This document shows, in pieces, positions 46,571 through 57,311 of a stretch of 64,000 nucleotides of DNA. Below the pieces are notes generated by a model. It ran no database searches, had not been told where the DNA came from, and saw only the letters and a list, made by a program, of their open reading frames with translations. Origin of the DNA: Entomortierella parvispora E1425. Lineage: Eukaryota; Fungi; Mortierellomycota. The stretch covers positions 868,001 through 932,000 of the forward strand of contig BQFW01000001.1 of assembly GCA_020891255.1 (NCBI GenBank), given 5' to 3'. Positions within the stretch are counted from its first letter, which is position 1. The number at the start of each line of letters is the position of its first letter. The translations under genes were made by a program, and so were the position numbers.

Positions 46571-49500
46571 ATGTCTTCTGGGCATATCCATTTTGTCACC
46601 CCAACTAATCGCTGGATAGGGAGCGTACCCCTGTCCACAATCGACCCACTTACTCTCGAGCCGCTCTCGACCTACCTTCGACCCGGATCATCAAGTGCCA
46701 GCACTCAAGGCCAAAACGAGTCAACGCTAGCATCTAACACTGAGGACGACGAATACAAGGATAGAAGGACCAACCTTTCTGGTAAGTTGAAGGCTGTAAT
46801 CATAGATCATAGTTAGTGTTTGCTCTTTTGATCCCTAACCATGCACTGCACCAAAAAAAAAAATAAAAAAAAATAGGCCAGCCTGTCTCCCTGATCCTCG
46901 CTCGACTCCAGACAACGCCCCAAGGTTGTTCCTGCGGATGCACAGTCCCTGCGCCCCCAAAACACTCGGACTACTACCACGCACAACATCTTCTTCAACT
47001 CATATTTCAGACCCAAAGAATCCGATCACGAGCACTCCGAGCGCACCTCCCTCAATATTTCGAGCCACCTTTGCCCGAAGAAGAACCGGGGGGGAGCAAC
47101 TTGCCTCTCAATCCTCCAGAAATAACCTCGGCTGTCCCTACCAGCACAGATCAGAACCGTGCTATCCCTTCAACGACTCTGCCGATCGAACCGGTACTGC
47201 AGGGAACTGGCAACACCGAGCCTCGACCACCGTTAGCCAAACCACAAGTCCCGCGCTATGTCCATTCCTTGATCCAAAATCGGACCTTCAAGAACCCTTT
47301 GACCAACACAGAGGTGGAGGGTGATCCAATGTTTTTCGCAGTGTTAGAGCCAGGATGTGGAGGCTGGTGGTTTGAGCCCTGGGCCATGGTCATTCGTCCG
47401 GCCGGAGAAATTACAGGTATCGACCCCCGATTCCGCCACTACCCCCAGCAGTCCCAACATCGGGATCATTATCAACAGTCGCAATCTGCAGCATCGGAGG
47501 CAGCAAACGAGGGTACTTCAGAAAAGACACCCGAGATGATTCTAGAAGAAAAGGAACAACGTAAAGAGAGATGGCGCCAAGCCCGACTCGTCACTCTGGA
47601 GGCCGAAGCAGAGCATGAGCTGGAGTGGCGTAGATGGCGACGAAGTATTATCCTAGCACCTCGATCAGGCACGACCTCTTCCTCATCATCGTCCTGTCGA
47701 AAAAGACGTCCACATTCACGAACATCAGGACTAATGGAGGGTGTTGCTTCAGAATCCTGGAAACGATCGTCTTGCCCACGACTTATGAGGTACAAACTTG
47801 GAAAGGATATTGCAGTGCTGGAACCTTCGGAGAGAGGGCTTCGACTTCCAAGGCAAGTGAAAATGACAGAAAACAGGAATCACGCAGCTGAAGGCAGCCA
47901 CTTTGATGGAAAAGTAATGCTATCGGCTGCGGAAGATCCGAGTGAAGACACTCGCCTCACATCCGAGATTCACACTTCAGCAACACTGGATCAGGTCGAG
48001 CCAGAGGATTTCCGACAGTACCAGTCTCGGTCAAAAACAGAACTCAAGATCGAAGACAAAGACGGGAAATCGATCCCGTCTGCACTTGGTCAGAAGCGTG
48101 GACTAAAATCGATCAGTAGACGTCAGTCTATTGCAGTTCATCGTAAGGAACTTGGCACGATGCCTTGGTGGGACCCGGAACCTCAGCCTCTTAAAATTCC
48201 CAAAACCGGTTTTTCGCCTTTCGCCATTTCGACACTCCCTGCACCTGTTGCTAAGCGGTTCGGCGGTGTCTCCATGTACCAGCCACCAGAGCCTCCACTA
48301 TCTTCATCGTCCTCTTCACAAACAAGCACGTCCGATGCCATCGAGGAAAAAGAAAAGACGCCAGAAGAAAACTGTGACACGGATGGGTGTAAATGGGTGC
48401 CAGTGCAGCCTGGAGACAGGGTTGCAGTGATGATCGGAACCAGCAAGGATTTCATGCTCTTCCCATCCTTCCAACGTCTTTTGTTTCGACATTTAAGCCG
48501 TGAGGACTTTGAAGATCGCGCAGGACGCGTCGGCGTGATTCCATACCCTGCCTCACTCGCCTTCGCGACCCAACCCAGAGGAAGCGGAGGCAGACAAAGC
48601 AGAGGAGGTGAAACAGCAAGTCAAGGCCCCTCGACAATGAATCTGAATCAGCGACGCAGATCTGCCGAGGATGGCCCTGTGGAGCAAGAAGTGAATCGAG
48701 ACAACTATGGACAGCCTCGTTCCGAGGATTTAGGTGAGGAGACACCGAGTCGTTCATGGTTACCTTGGAGACGAAGCACAGGTGCGACTGGCACTAGGGC
48801 AACCACGAGTGTTTCCGTTCCGGTAGGACGAGTCGCAATGGAGAGGAGTCCGGTCGAGTCGGAAGACGGTCGTCCAGACGCACGTTTCGATAGAACTGTG
48901 GATGTGAGTGAAAATGCAGATTCTATCGAATCAGATACCACGAGCGCATTGGATTGTGGCGAGAAAACAAAGGGTGAGAACCGAGCTCCGTCAACTCATT
49001 CGGACGAAAATGATCATGAAACACAGCTGGGACTGTATCTTGAGACGTTTGAGCGAGAAGACTACGATTCCTCAGAGTACTCTTTCTGCTCCTCCTCAGA
49101 CGAGAACGACGACATATCTAATCTGGACATTAATACGGATTATGACTTTAGCGATGTCAGTGATTCCTCCGAGGATGAGGATGGTGATGAGCTAGGAAGA
49201 CAGGAGGGTGTGGCACCATCGAGTTCTTGTTTTTGGAAACGGCTTCTTTGCTGTTGCTCATCTTCATCAGGAGTGACTCGGGAAAGATCGCGACGTAGCC
49301 GAGCATCACAGCGTCGACGGGCTCGAAGAGAACAGTGGCGTCAACGGCGTCAATTGAGATACCTTCAACAGGAGTCACCGGTTGTCCTTCGTTATTTGCC
49401 AGCCTCCGTCCAGCGAAGGATGAGTCCTGAAGGTGTCGTCCGTTGTTGGCAACTGTCCGAATTCTGCCGGTTCTATTTGACAATCCTCATGGCTATTGCT

Positions 49501-49788
49501 CTAATGGGTGCGATTGTTTATGGGGCGATTCATGCTGAGAGTATGCCTCCCAAAGGACCTATTTCCGCAGCGGCGTCCTCGCCCGGCATCAAAAACCGCC
49601 ATAGTCAGGCATGGGGCACTGGCGAAGTCCAACGCCTCGTGAATGCAGTTAATTCGGATGGTTCCTCCAGTTCCACATTGATGGGTCACATTCCAGTGGA
49701 GGCAGCGCCTCGCAAGCATGAGAAGGATCAGACCTTATTAAGTCGGAGAAGGATATGCACGCGTAAAAACAAGATAGCCAGACGATAA
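46571..49788 (+). CDS. Hypothetical protein with a C-terminal transmembrane helix; N-terminal region possibly DUF5092-like
   Basis: Exon 1 46571-46781, intron 46782-46876, exon 2 in frame into ORF 47071..49788. Ordered motifs IDPLTLEPL, LILARLQT, YYHAQHLLQLIFQTQ, FKNPLTNTEVEGDPMFF. TM segment FYLTILMAIALMGAIVYGAI. The DUF label is from recollection only. Confidence 0.7.
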
Positions 49789-49892
49789 GCATCAGATTAC
49801 AGATAAAATTTCAAAATGTTTATTCAAATACAAGTCTTGGGATGTGGGATATCAATAATACAAATGTCAGAAAAAGACTACCTTATTCTTAT

Positions 49893-52075
49893 TTACGCGA
49901 CAGGGGTGACATTGGATGCAGCAACCTTGGCAAGGGCATCGGCCAGCTTCTGCCTTTGGGATCGGGAGTGAGCGCGGGCTTCATCCTCGAGTCGTTCACG
50001 CTCCAAAATCTCGGGGCATTTGAACATTGTCGGGAGATAGTTTCGGACAAACCAGCTGACCTTTTGCACCTCTACGGTCTTGCCCTTCACACCTTCTTCC
50101 ATCTTGCGAGCAACCTCGACCGAGTCCAGCTCCTGTTGAGACTTTTGGCAATTTTTGTTCTTGCCACCCGAGCAGATGTTTGGGGCACCACAGGCAGCAG
50201 CTCCGATCTCAAAGAGTTCGCACAGGCGGCGTCTGTTGTTGTAGAAGGAAGGCCAGTGTTTGCGAATCCATCCCTCACGCCATGCCACCCACCTGTAGCA
50301 CACTGACCCGGGTTCATATCGATTCTGCTCCTGCTGTCCGAGGATCATCTTTTGGCGAAGAGGTCCGTCCATGGTCTGGTACATATTGACGAGTTCAGTG
50401 TTCGACATCGTTGCAGCCTGGAACAGTGAGCTTGTCAAGTGAAGCATCATCACATAGACAAGGCCTTGGAACATAAGCAGCTCCTCTTGCGACTTTTGGT
50501 CAACCACAACAAGGGCATCGTTCTTGGGCGAGATCATATACATCTCTTCCAATCGCTTCTTTGAGTGAGCCTTCAACTCTGTCCGCATTTGTTCGTCCAG
50601 CTCCTCTTCTTGCCTGGCGGCTTCATATCGTGACAGAAGATTCTTGTAGTCATCAACGGCCTCTGAAGACTCCTCCTTGGGATCCAAGGTCGAATCAGGG
50701 ACCTCGGCCCTGTTGATAAGAAGATTCCAGTCACCCTCGAATGGAACAAAGGGCTGCATTGAGGCCTGAGGAGCATTTGCGTCGGTGGCCGATGTTGGCG
50801 TCAAAGCAAATTGACTTGCCAAGGAGGCATTGTTGAGTTCGAAAGGCTGATTGTTATCCAAGAGTGAGCTATCCAGATAGGAGAGAGGCTCTTGCGTTGC
50901 ATACGACGATGGTGCGATGGGGATTGCTGCCGTGACTGGAGCTTGGCTGCTACTGCTACCATTGCTGCTGCTGCTGCTGCTGCTGCTGGTAGCGCTACTG
51001 TTGTTGACGAGGGAGGTGGATGTTGTGGGGAATGACTCTGTCAAGGGGTTCAGCAAACTAGCAAGCAAGTTAGCATGCTCTTTAGACATGCGTCCATCAG
51101 TAAACAGGGACTGCGAAAGGCGAGCGGTCTCGAGTTCCTGGCGCAAGAACTGACAGTTGAGTTCTGACTGAATCAATCGTCGTTGCAAATCTGCCGCCTC
51201 TTTTCGTGCTTCTTTGACTTGGGCTTCAAGAGTACCAATGTATTCTATGGGAAGAAGGAGGAGTCAGCGAATCTATCGTGGCCAATGTGCCGCTTTTGTG
51301 TGTTTCGTTGTCATCGGCCGTTACCTTTTCTACGCACGCGGAAGTTGCGGGCAGACAGCTTGTTTCGCAATTGCCTCCGCTCCTTGGGTGTCATCTTTTT
51401 GAGCTGAGTAGGTGTTGGGTTGAGGAGTTCCTGCGCATGATCTTCCGAGTCACTATCCATGTCCATGTCATCCTGCAGGGGAGGTGAGGGGTAGATAGCA
51501 TCTTTATCTCCTTTTTGAGACGAAGAAGAGGCAGGTGAGACAGACCTCTCAGAGGAGCTATTGCGGTGAGAGGTTGTGGAGGATGTGGTAGAGGCGGTTG
51601 TATCTGCAGTCTTGGAGCTGAGATCGGATGTTGCTAGTAACGTGGAGGACAGAAGTTGGTGCTGTTGAATGTGATGCTGTTGCTGCAGTTGTTGAAGTTG
51701 CTGGAAACGATGGAGCCAGATATCAGCATCAGCTGACGGTGATTCCGAGGAAGCCGACAGGGTTGCAGTAGCTGGGACAGGGGCAGAGACGTTGACAGAG
51801 GCAATAACAGGCTGCAGAGGAGGGAGAGTCTGGTTGAAGGAAGGCATCTTCGGGGGTCTATCTGGGGATAGCTGGCGATAAGAGAAGGAGGAGGAGGGAA
51901 GGAGCATTGGAGCTGGGTATGTTTCCGCCTTTGTCGACAGCTGCTGTTGTTCGGAAGATGTGCTGGTGATTTCGCTGCCCTGGAAAAGGAAGCTGTAGAG
52001 GTCTTCGTTGTCCCTGCCAGGGACTTCTGGGACCGCTGAGGAAGAGAGTGCAAAGTGATTCTCTGTAAAATCCAT
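49893..52075 (-). CDS. bZIP transcription factor, 2 exons
   Basis: Exon 1 52075-51325 ends KMTPKERRQLRNKLSARNFRVRRK. Intron 51324-51245. Exon 2 begins EYIGTLEAQVKEARKEAADLQRRLIQSELNCQFLRQEL (leucine zipper). Confidence 0.88.
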
Positions 52076-52322
52076 AGCGAAGAAAGCTGTCGCCGATGAA
52101 GAGAAAAGGAGTGAGGAGGAGAGGGGGAGGCGAAAGACGGATGATCAAAAGGTACGAAATGAATCGAGATAATGGAAATCCTATTGATGGAGCAAGAGGT
52201 GAGACAGCCTGCGGCTCATCTTTGCGCCAGCCAATGGGAGGCCAGGCTGAAGACCCTTAATAGGTACGGCCCAACTCGGATTTACCTTATGTGCCCCCCA
52301 TAAAAACATTGCCACCAAATAT

Positions 52323-52348
52323 CACGTGCCACCACGTGCCATCACGTG
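52323..52348. promoter_or_regulatory. Three CACGTG (E-box/G-box) sites at 10-bp periodicity
   Basis: ATCACGTGCC ACCACGTGCC ATCACGTGCA, with cores at 52323, 52333 and 52343. Confidence 0.5.
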
Positions 52349-52623
52349 CATTGACCTGAGTTCTCCCTTAGTGCACAAAATCAGCACGTCATCACAATGC
52401 ACAAAAACAAACGTTCCTGACCGTCCCTCACAACACCTTTGCTTCTTCCCTTACCCTCCCCTCACCCTCCCCTCATACCCCAGACAACAGTAGCGTTGCC
52501 AGGTAGGCTGTAGCTCTATTGAAGGACGGATCAACAAAAAGAATTAGAGAAGAAATGCAACCTGAATTAACACGTTCCATTCACCAGGCAACGCGAGGCC
52601 CTTACGCGATATAGTCCTGCAAC

Positions 52624-55497
52624 ATGGAAGAGGTATGGTATGGCATGGCATGTCTCGCAGTAGGCTAATTGAGATATGTGGATACTAATGATATCGACAC
52701 ACTTTTGTCTTCCTGTTAGACCTATGTGGCCCCACAGGATTGCCCTGTCACCCCATCAGTCGTTGAAGACCCTGCATTTGAAGTCTGCTTCTTCTCAGAT
52801 AAATCCTCGGACTCCAGCGACAATGAGGATGAGGATATCCAGGAGGCTGCTCAGGATGTCGAATACCCGGCCTCAGTGTCTTCATCGGAAGTTACTGAGA
52901 ACTTGGAGATACCCGTCGAACCCCCGAACGACCAGGAAGCTCCTGTTCCTTTGTGGACCAAGGTTTTCGGGGGCCTCCTTCCGCGGCATCCTAATCACAA
53001 CCGACTAATCGAAAAGCGCATGGACAAATCGATGGTCATTCCCTGGCTGTTTGAACAGGGGCGTCTTGCTTCAACCAAATACCTGAAGAAGGAGGAGCGG
53101 AAGTCGAAGAGTACGAAGTCCTCCCTCGAATGCTCCGTCAGATACTTCTGCCAGCACGCTGGTACCCCTAAGAAGCGCCGGCGACAGGGCAGCTCGGCTA
53201 CCAAGGTTAAAGCAGAAGACGACAACTCTAGTACAGACAGCGACTGCAGCCTTAAAGAGGACCCCACCCAAGATGATTCTCCAGAGAATGTACTCAAGAA
53301 GCGTCCGCGTCAAAAGACCAGTGGCAAGGTTGGCTGTAAGTCATACGTTCTCGTCAAGTATTACAAGAACTCAGAAGAGGCCGTTGTTACATACAGACCG
53401 TACCATACAGGGCACCAAACGAATTCCATCGAGAATATCAGGCATTGTCGCCTGTCCAAATGGCGAAGGGAACAAGTTGAGAGGATGCTCGATGCAGGAC
53501 ACTCTCGTCGGTTCATCTATGAAAAGCTTTCGAAAGCGCCGCCGGAGGACAAGTCGCAATTCGATATTCAGTGTGCTAGAAATAGGGCCATCACGAAGGA
53601 AGACATCTATAATATAGACATTCGTCGCCAACGGATTACTTCTCAGCTTGACCAAGATGAGAGAATATCTATGCGTCTGTGGGGAACGAAATTGCGAGAA
53701 CAGGGGTTCTCCGTGTTTGAATACGATGAGGCACCTGATGGTGCTTGGTCTTCTTCCAGCAGTTTTGGGGGAAAGGATATCTTGGTGGATAATGGTCGAA
53801 TGAAACGAGACGCTCCTCGGAAACCTGCCCGTGGTAAGAATCCCACTCCTACATCAGACAGAGTGGCTTTTGCACTCATTGAGAAAATGGCTGTCGGCCT
53901 AAATCTCGAGCAGGGTCGATTGGCTGCTTTTATTGAATCCGTTGCACCCGATAAACAGCCAATTGAACCGCCAACTGCCAAGACTGGTCCCAAGGAACGG
54001 TTTGGATTTGGATTTATATCCCCTTGGCAGCGGAAGATGCTGCAACAATTCGGCGCTGGCTTTAGCATTGATGCCACCCATGGAACAACCCGTCATGACA
54101 ACACGCAACTTTACACAATTGTGGTTGCGCACTCCTCTGGAAAAGGAATACCAGTAGCTTTTTTTCTTACGAGTGATATGTCAGCTTCGGCTCTTAGCCT
54201 TTGGCTGAGTCATGTGCGGTGCCAACTCATGGTTCAAGAAGGGTCAAACAAGCCGTATTGCATTGTGAAAACAATTGTGGTTGACGACAGCTACATCGAG
54301 AAGAATGCCATCAACTATGCCTTCGATGATGTCAAGATTCAGCTCTGCCTCTGGCGCGTTCAGCGCGCATGGGCTCGAGCTCTCCCTGGCAAGATCCATC
54401 CAGATATGACCGGCAAGAACAAAGACGAGAAGGCACAACTAAAGCGTCAGTATGACAAATCCCGGGAGGTGATCTTCAAGATGTTGCGCCGTATGATGTA
54501 CACTCAAGATCCCGACCAGGCCTCTCTACTCCAGCAAAGCCTTCGCCAGGCTCTAACGCTAGACAGTGCTTACACGGAAGACCTCGAATACCTTGACACT
54601 ACCAGCTTTACTCTGGAGAAGCGAGAACAGTGGATGCGCGCATACCGGAGTGATGTATATTGGGCCGACATCAACACCAACAACTATGTGGAGAGCTGGC
54701 ACAGTCAACTGAAATCGAAGTTCCTGCGAGACAACAAGAGTCCCCGGCTTGACACTGTGATCAATGTACTCTCTGGTGCTGTCGTCGAATACTTCCAGAG
54801 TATTATCAACACAGCTACGTTGAACCTCGGACGGCAATCAAAAAATACAAAAGAATATCAGGATCGATTGATTTCTGTGCAGCGTCGTTTCAGGAACTTG
54901 ACCGCTCAACAAAGGCTCCAGCTCTTCCGACATGACACCCTTTCGAACCGTCTCTGGATTACCTCGTTTGATAAGTCTGATGGGAGTGAGTACGAGATCA
55001 CTGCAATTCATACGACATATCCACCCACAATTCGGGCCTGTGAGTGCCCTGACTTCAAGCGCCGTCTTCAGCCTTGCAAACATATCATTGCTGCTACCCT
55101 CATGTTTCCAAACATTCAACTACCAGTTGACAACAACTTTCATGGGTCCATGACAACTATTGTGCTTCCAGAGTCAAAGGACACTAAGGACAAGCTATTG
55201 GCTGGCATTGAGCCTGGAGAAGAAACGGCTGCTGTCGTTTTGGGAGGGACAGAATCAATAGTAACAGGGGACGACGAAGATGAAGAACGGAGGCATCTGC
55301 AACGAGAGGCCGCGAAGTGGAGGCTTAAAGCTCTAGAGCAGATCAACATCCTATCTAGCCTCGTGCAAAGCAAAGATGACAAGGAGATGGAGGACATCAC
55401 CTCCATTTTGCAACAGACAACGTTGTGTATTGGTCAGATGGTTAATAGAGCTCCTCTACACTTCAATGCCGTACACAAACGTAGACAAGTCTTCTAA
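52624..55497 (+). CDS. MULE-family DDE transposase with N-terminal zinc-binding DNA-binding domain and C-terminal SWIM finger
   Basis: Mini exon ATGGAAGAG (52624-52632), intron 52633-52719, then an uninterrupted frame to 55497. Motifs YFCQHAG...KVGCKS...HTGH, FSIDATH (D, 54070), IVVDD (D, 54283), QLCLWR, NTNNYVESWH (E, 54691), SWIM CECPDF...PCKH. Confidence 0.9.
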
Positions 55498-56473
55498 ATA
55501 ATAATGTAATAAACACACAGCCCACTCTATCTTCGATGCGACATGATCGATCATAGTTCAACCATATGATTTGGCAGTGTTCTTTCGCAAGTTCTGATGC
55601 AATCTCGGTTGCTGTTCCTATGGCCCAGGGTTTCCTGAGGAAATACTCCTTCTGGGAGCTCTTTTTTTTAAAAAAACAAATAAAATGGCAGCAATATCTC
55701 TATCTCAGGAACCATGATAGCTCTGAATCCGGAAGCCAAACCTCTTCCAACTTTTAATAACATGTATATCGCGACACCTGCCTATGAATAGTACTTCTTT
55801 GGAAAACAGCCAAGAGCTTGTCATCATGCTGAGGCATTACTACTGTAAAATTGTAGTCAGAAGTTCATTTTACTTTGAATGACTCATCCAATTGCCCTCT
55901 AGAGGAATCGTTCTTTGGCAGGAAAACGATACTACGTTCTTCGTACAATGTGTGGCCACCTCAGGAAAGTGCTTTCAGCCCAATTGTTGCAATTCTGACC
56001 ATGGAAAGTCGAGACAAATGTCCTCAGATGCATCAAAATTCTATTTTTTTTCCAAGTCGATCACTTTGCTCCTAAGTGAAGTTCTTTTTTTCGAGGCGTG
56101 TTGACCGAATAAAGCGCATTCACAGTATGTACATTGGAAAGGGCATGGATTCTGAAAGTTTTGGATGTATGTGGAAGAAAGTGGTGTTGTAATTGAATAT
56201 ACAATGGTAACTAGCCAAAACATAGAGAACACCCTCGTCATTTTCAGTCAAAATAAGCACAACGAAGATGAACACGCTCTCAAACTTGTTCAAAACTGCT
56301 CGCGATCACTTGAGAGGTGTATTTTTATCATATCTATCGATATTGCTAACAATCATGGCATTCTGATACGATTTGAATGACTTCACATAGAACGATGTTG
56401 TTTTTCGGACATGTCTCCCTATACTTTGTGGGGTGATCGAGACTCCTTCCTATTTGGGCAGACAATATAAATC

Positions 56474-56590
56474 CACGTGACTAAATGACGTATGTTGTCA
56501 CGTGTAGATATCACGTGAGAGTACGTTATATCCTACCATTATCGTTATATCCTTGCAATTCTATAAGTGCAAGGCCATATACTCCACGTG
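56474..56590. promoter_or_regulatory. Four CACGTG sites near the right end of the MULE element
   Basis: Cores at 56474, 56499, 56512 and 56585. Confidence 0.45.
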
Positions 56591-57162
56591 ACGAAGTCCC
56601 TCCCGGGCCTAAACGCCACTTTTGGGGGGTGAAGAAGTATCCTCCCCAACTCGAGATGGCAGACCCTTAACTGCTCGCATCAGCGCCTGCCATTGGCCTT
56701 AGCTCGACGCGCCTCCGTCTTTTTTTATAATCTGCTTTTCTGGCCCGCCCCCCTTGGTTCGCCCTTGGTGGTGCTCCTCCTCCTCCCTTCCTCCCTCCTC
56801 CATCCCTTGCCTTCCTTCTCGCCCCCTTCTCCTGCTACAAGGAGTTGGCGACACGCCAACTTTTAGGCGAGGATGAAGCCAAAGGGAGACGGGGGTCATC
56901 TCATCGTTTGATGTTCATTGAATCTGTTATATCTGAGTTTTTTCTGTTACTGACAAACTTTTTGCAACTCGTAACGGTTGTATCTTTGTATCTCTCTTTC
57001 TCTCCCTCTCCCTCTCACTCACTAGCCACACTGTGGCATCGTTTACTCTTTCACTCTCACTCTCAGTGTCTCTTACCTTCAGCCTTACTCACACGTTCTT
57101 CTACCCTCTTTCGTCTCTCACGTCTACCCTCGTCCTTCCTATCACACCCTCGCCCTTCCTAA

Positions 57163-57228
57163 CGCATCCACTCACCCTTCCTATCGCATCCACTCACCCT
57201 TCCTATCGCATCCACTCACCCTTCCTAT
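57163..57228. repeat. 22-bp tandem repeat x3 (CGCATCCACTCACCCTTCCTAT) upstream of the Myb start codon
   Basis: Three exact units at 57163, 57185 and 57207, with degenerate copies on both sides. Confidence 0.9.
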
Positions 57229-57311
57229 CGCCCCTACTCGCCCTTTCACTCATTATCGTCTCTACTGCCTTTAAAAAACCGGCGACCCTCCTCAGTCAAA
57301 AGCCCTCAACC

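Larger units (their letters stand above)
52261..56660. mobile_element. Mutator-like (MULE) DNA transposon, ~4.4 kb, without clear TIRs
   Basis: Contains the transposase gene. Bounded by the 10-bp direct repeat AGACCCTTAA at 52251-52260 and 56661-56670 (candidate TSD). The ends show only weak inverted similarity, so the boundaries are inferred. Confidence 0.6.

Noticed and set aside
52257-56670. piggyBac interpretation of the large element because the direct repeat ends in TTAA
   Set aside because: The transposase has MULE motifs and a SWIM finger, the repeat is 10 bp rather than 4 bp, and there are no piggyBac-type CCC...GGG termini.
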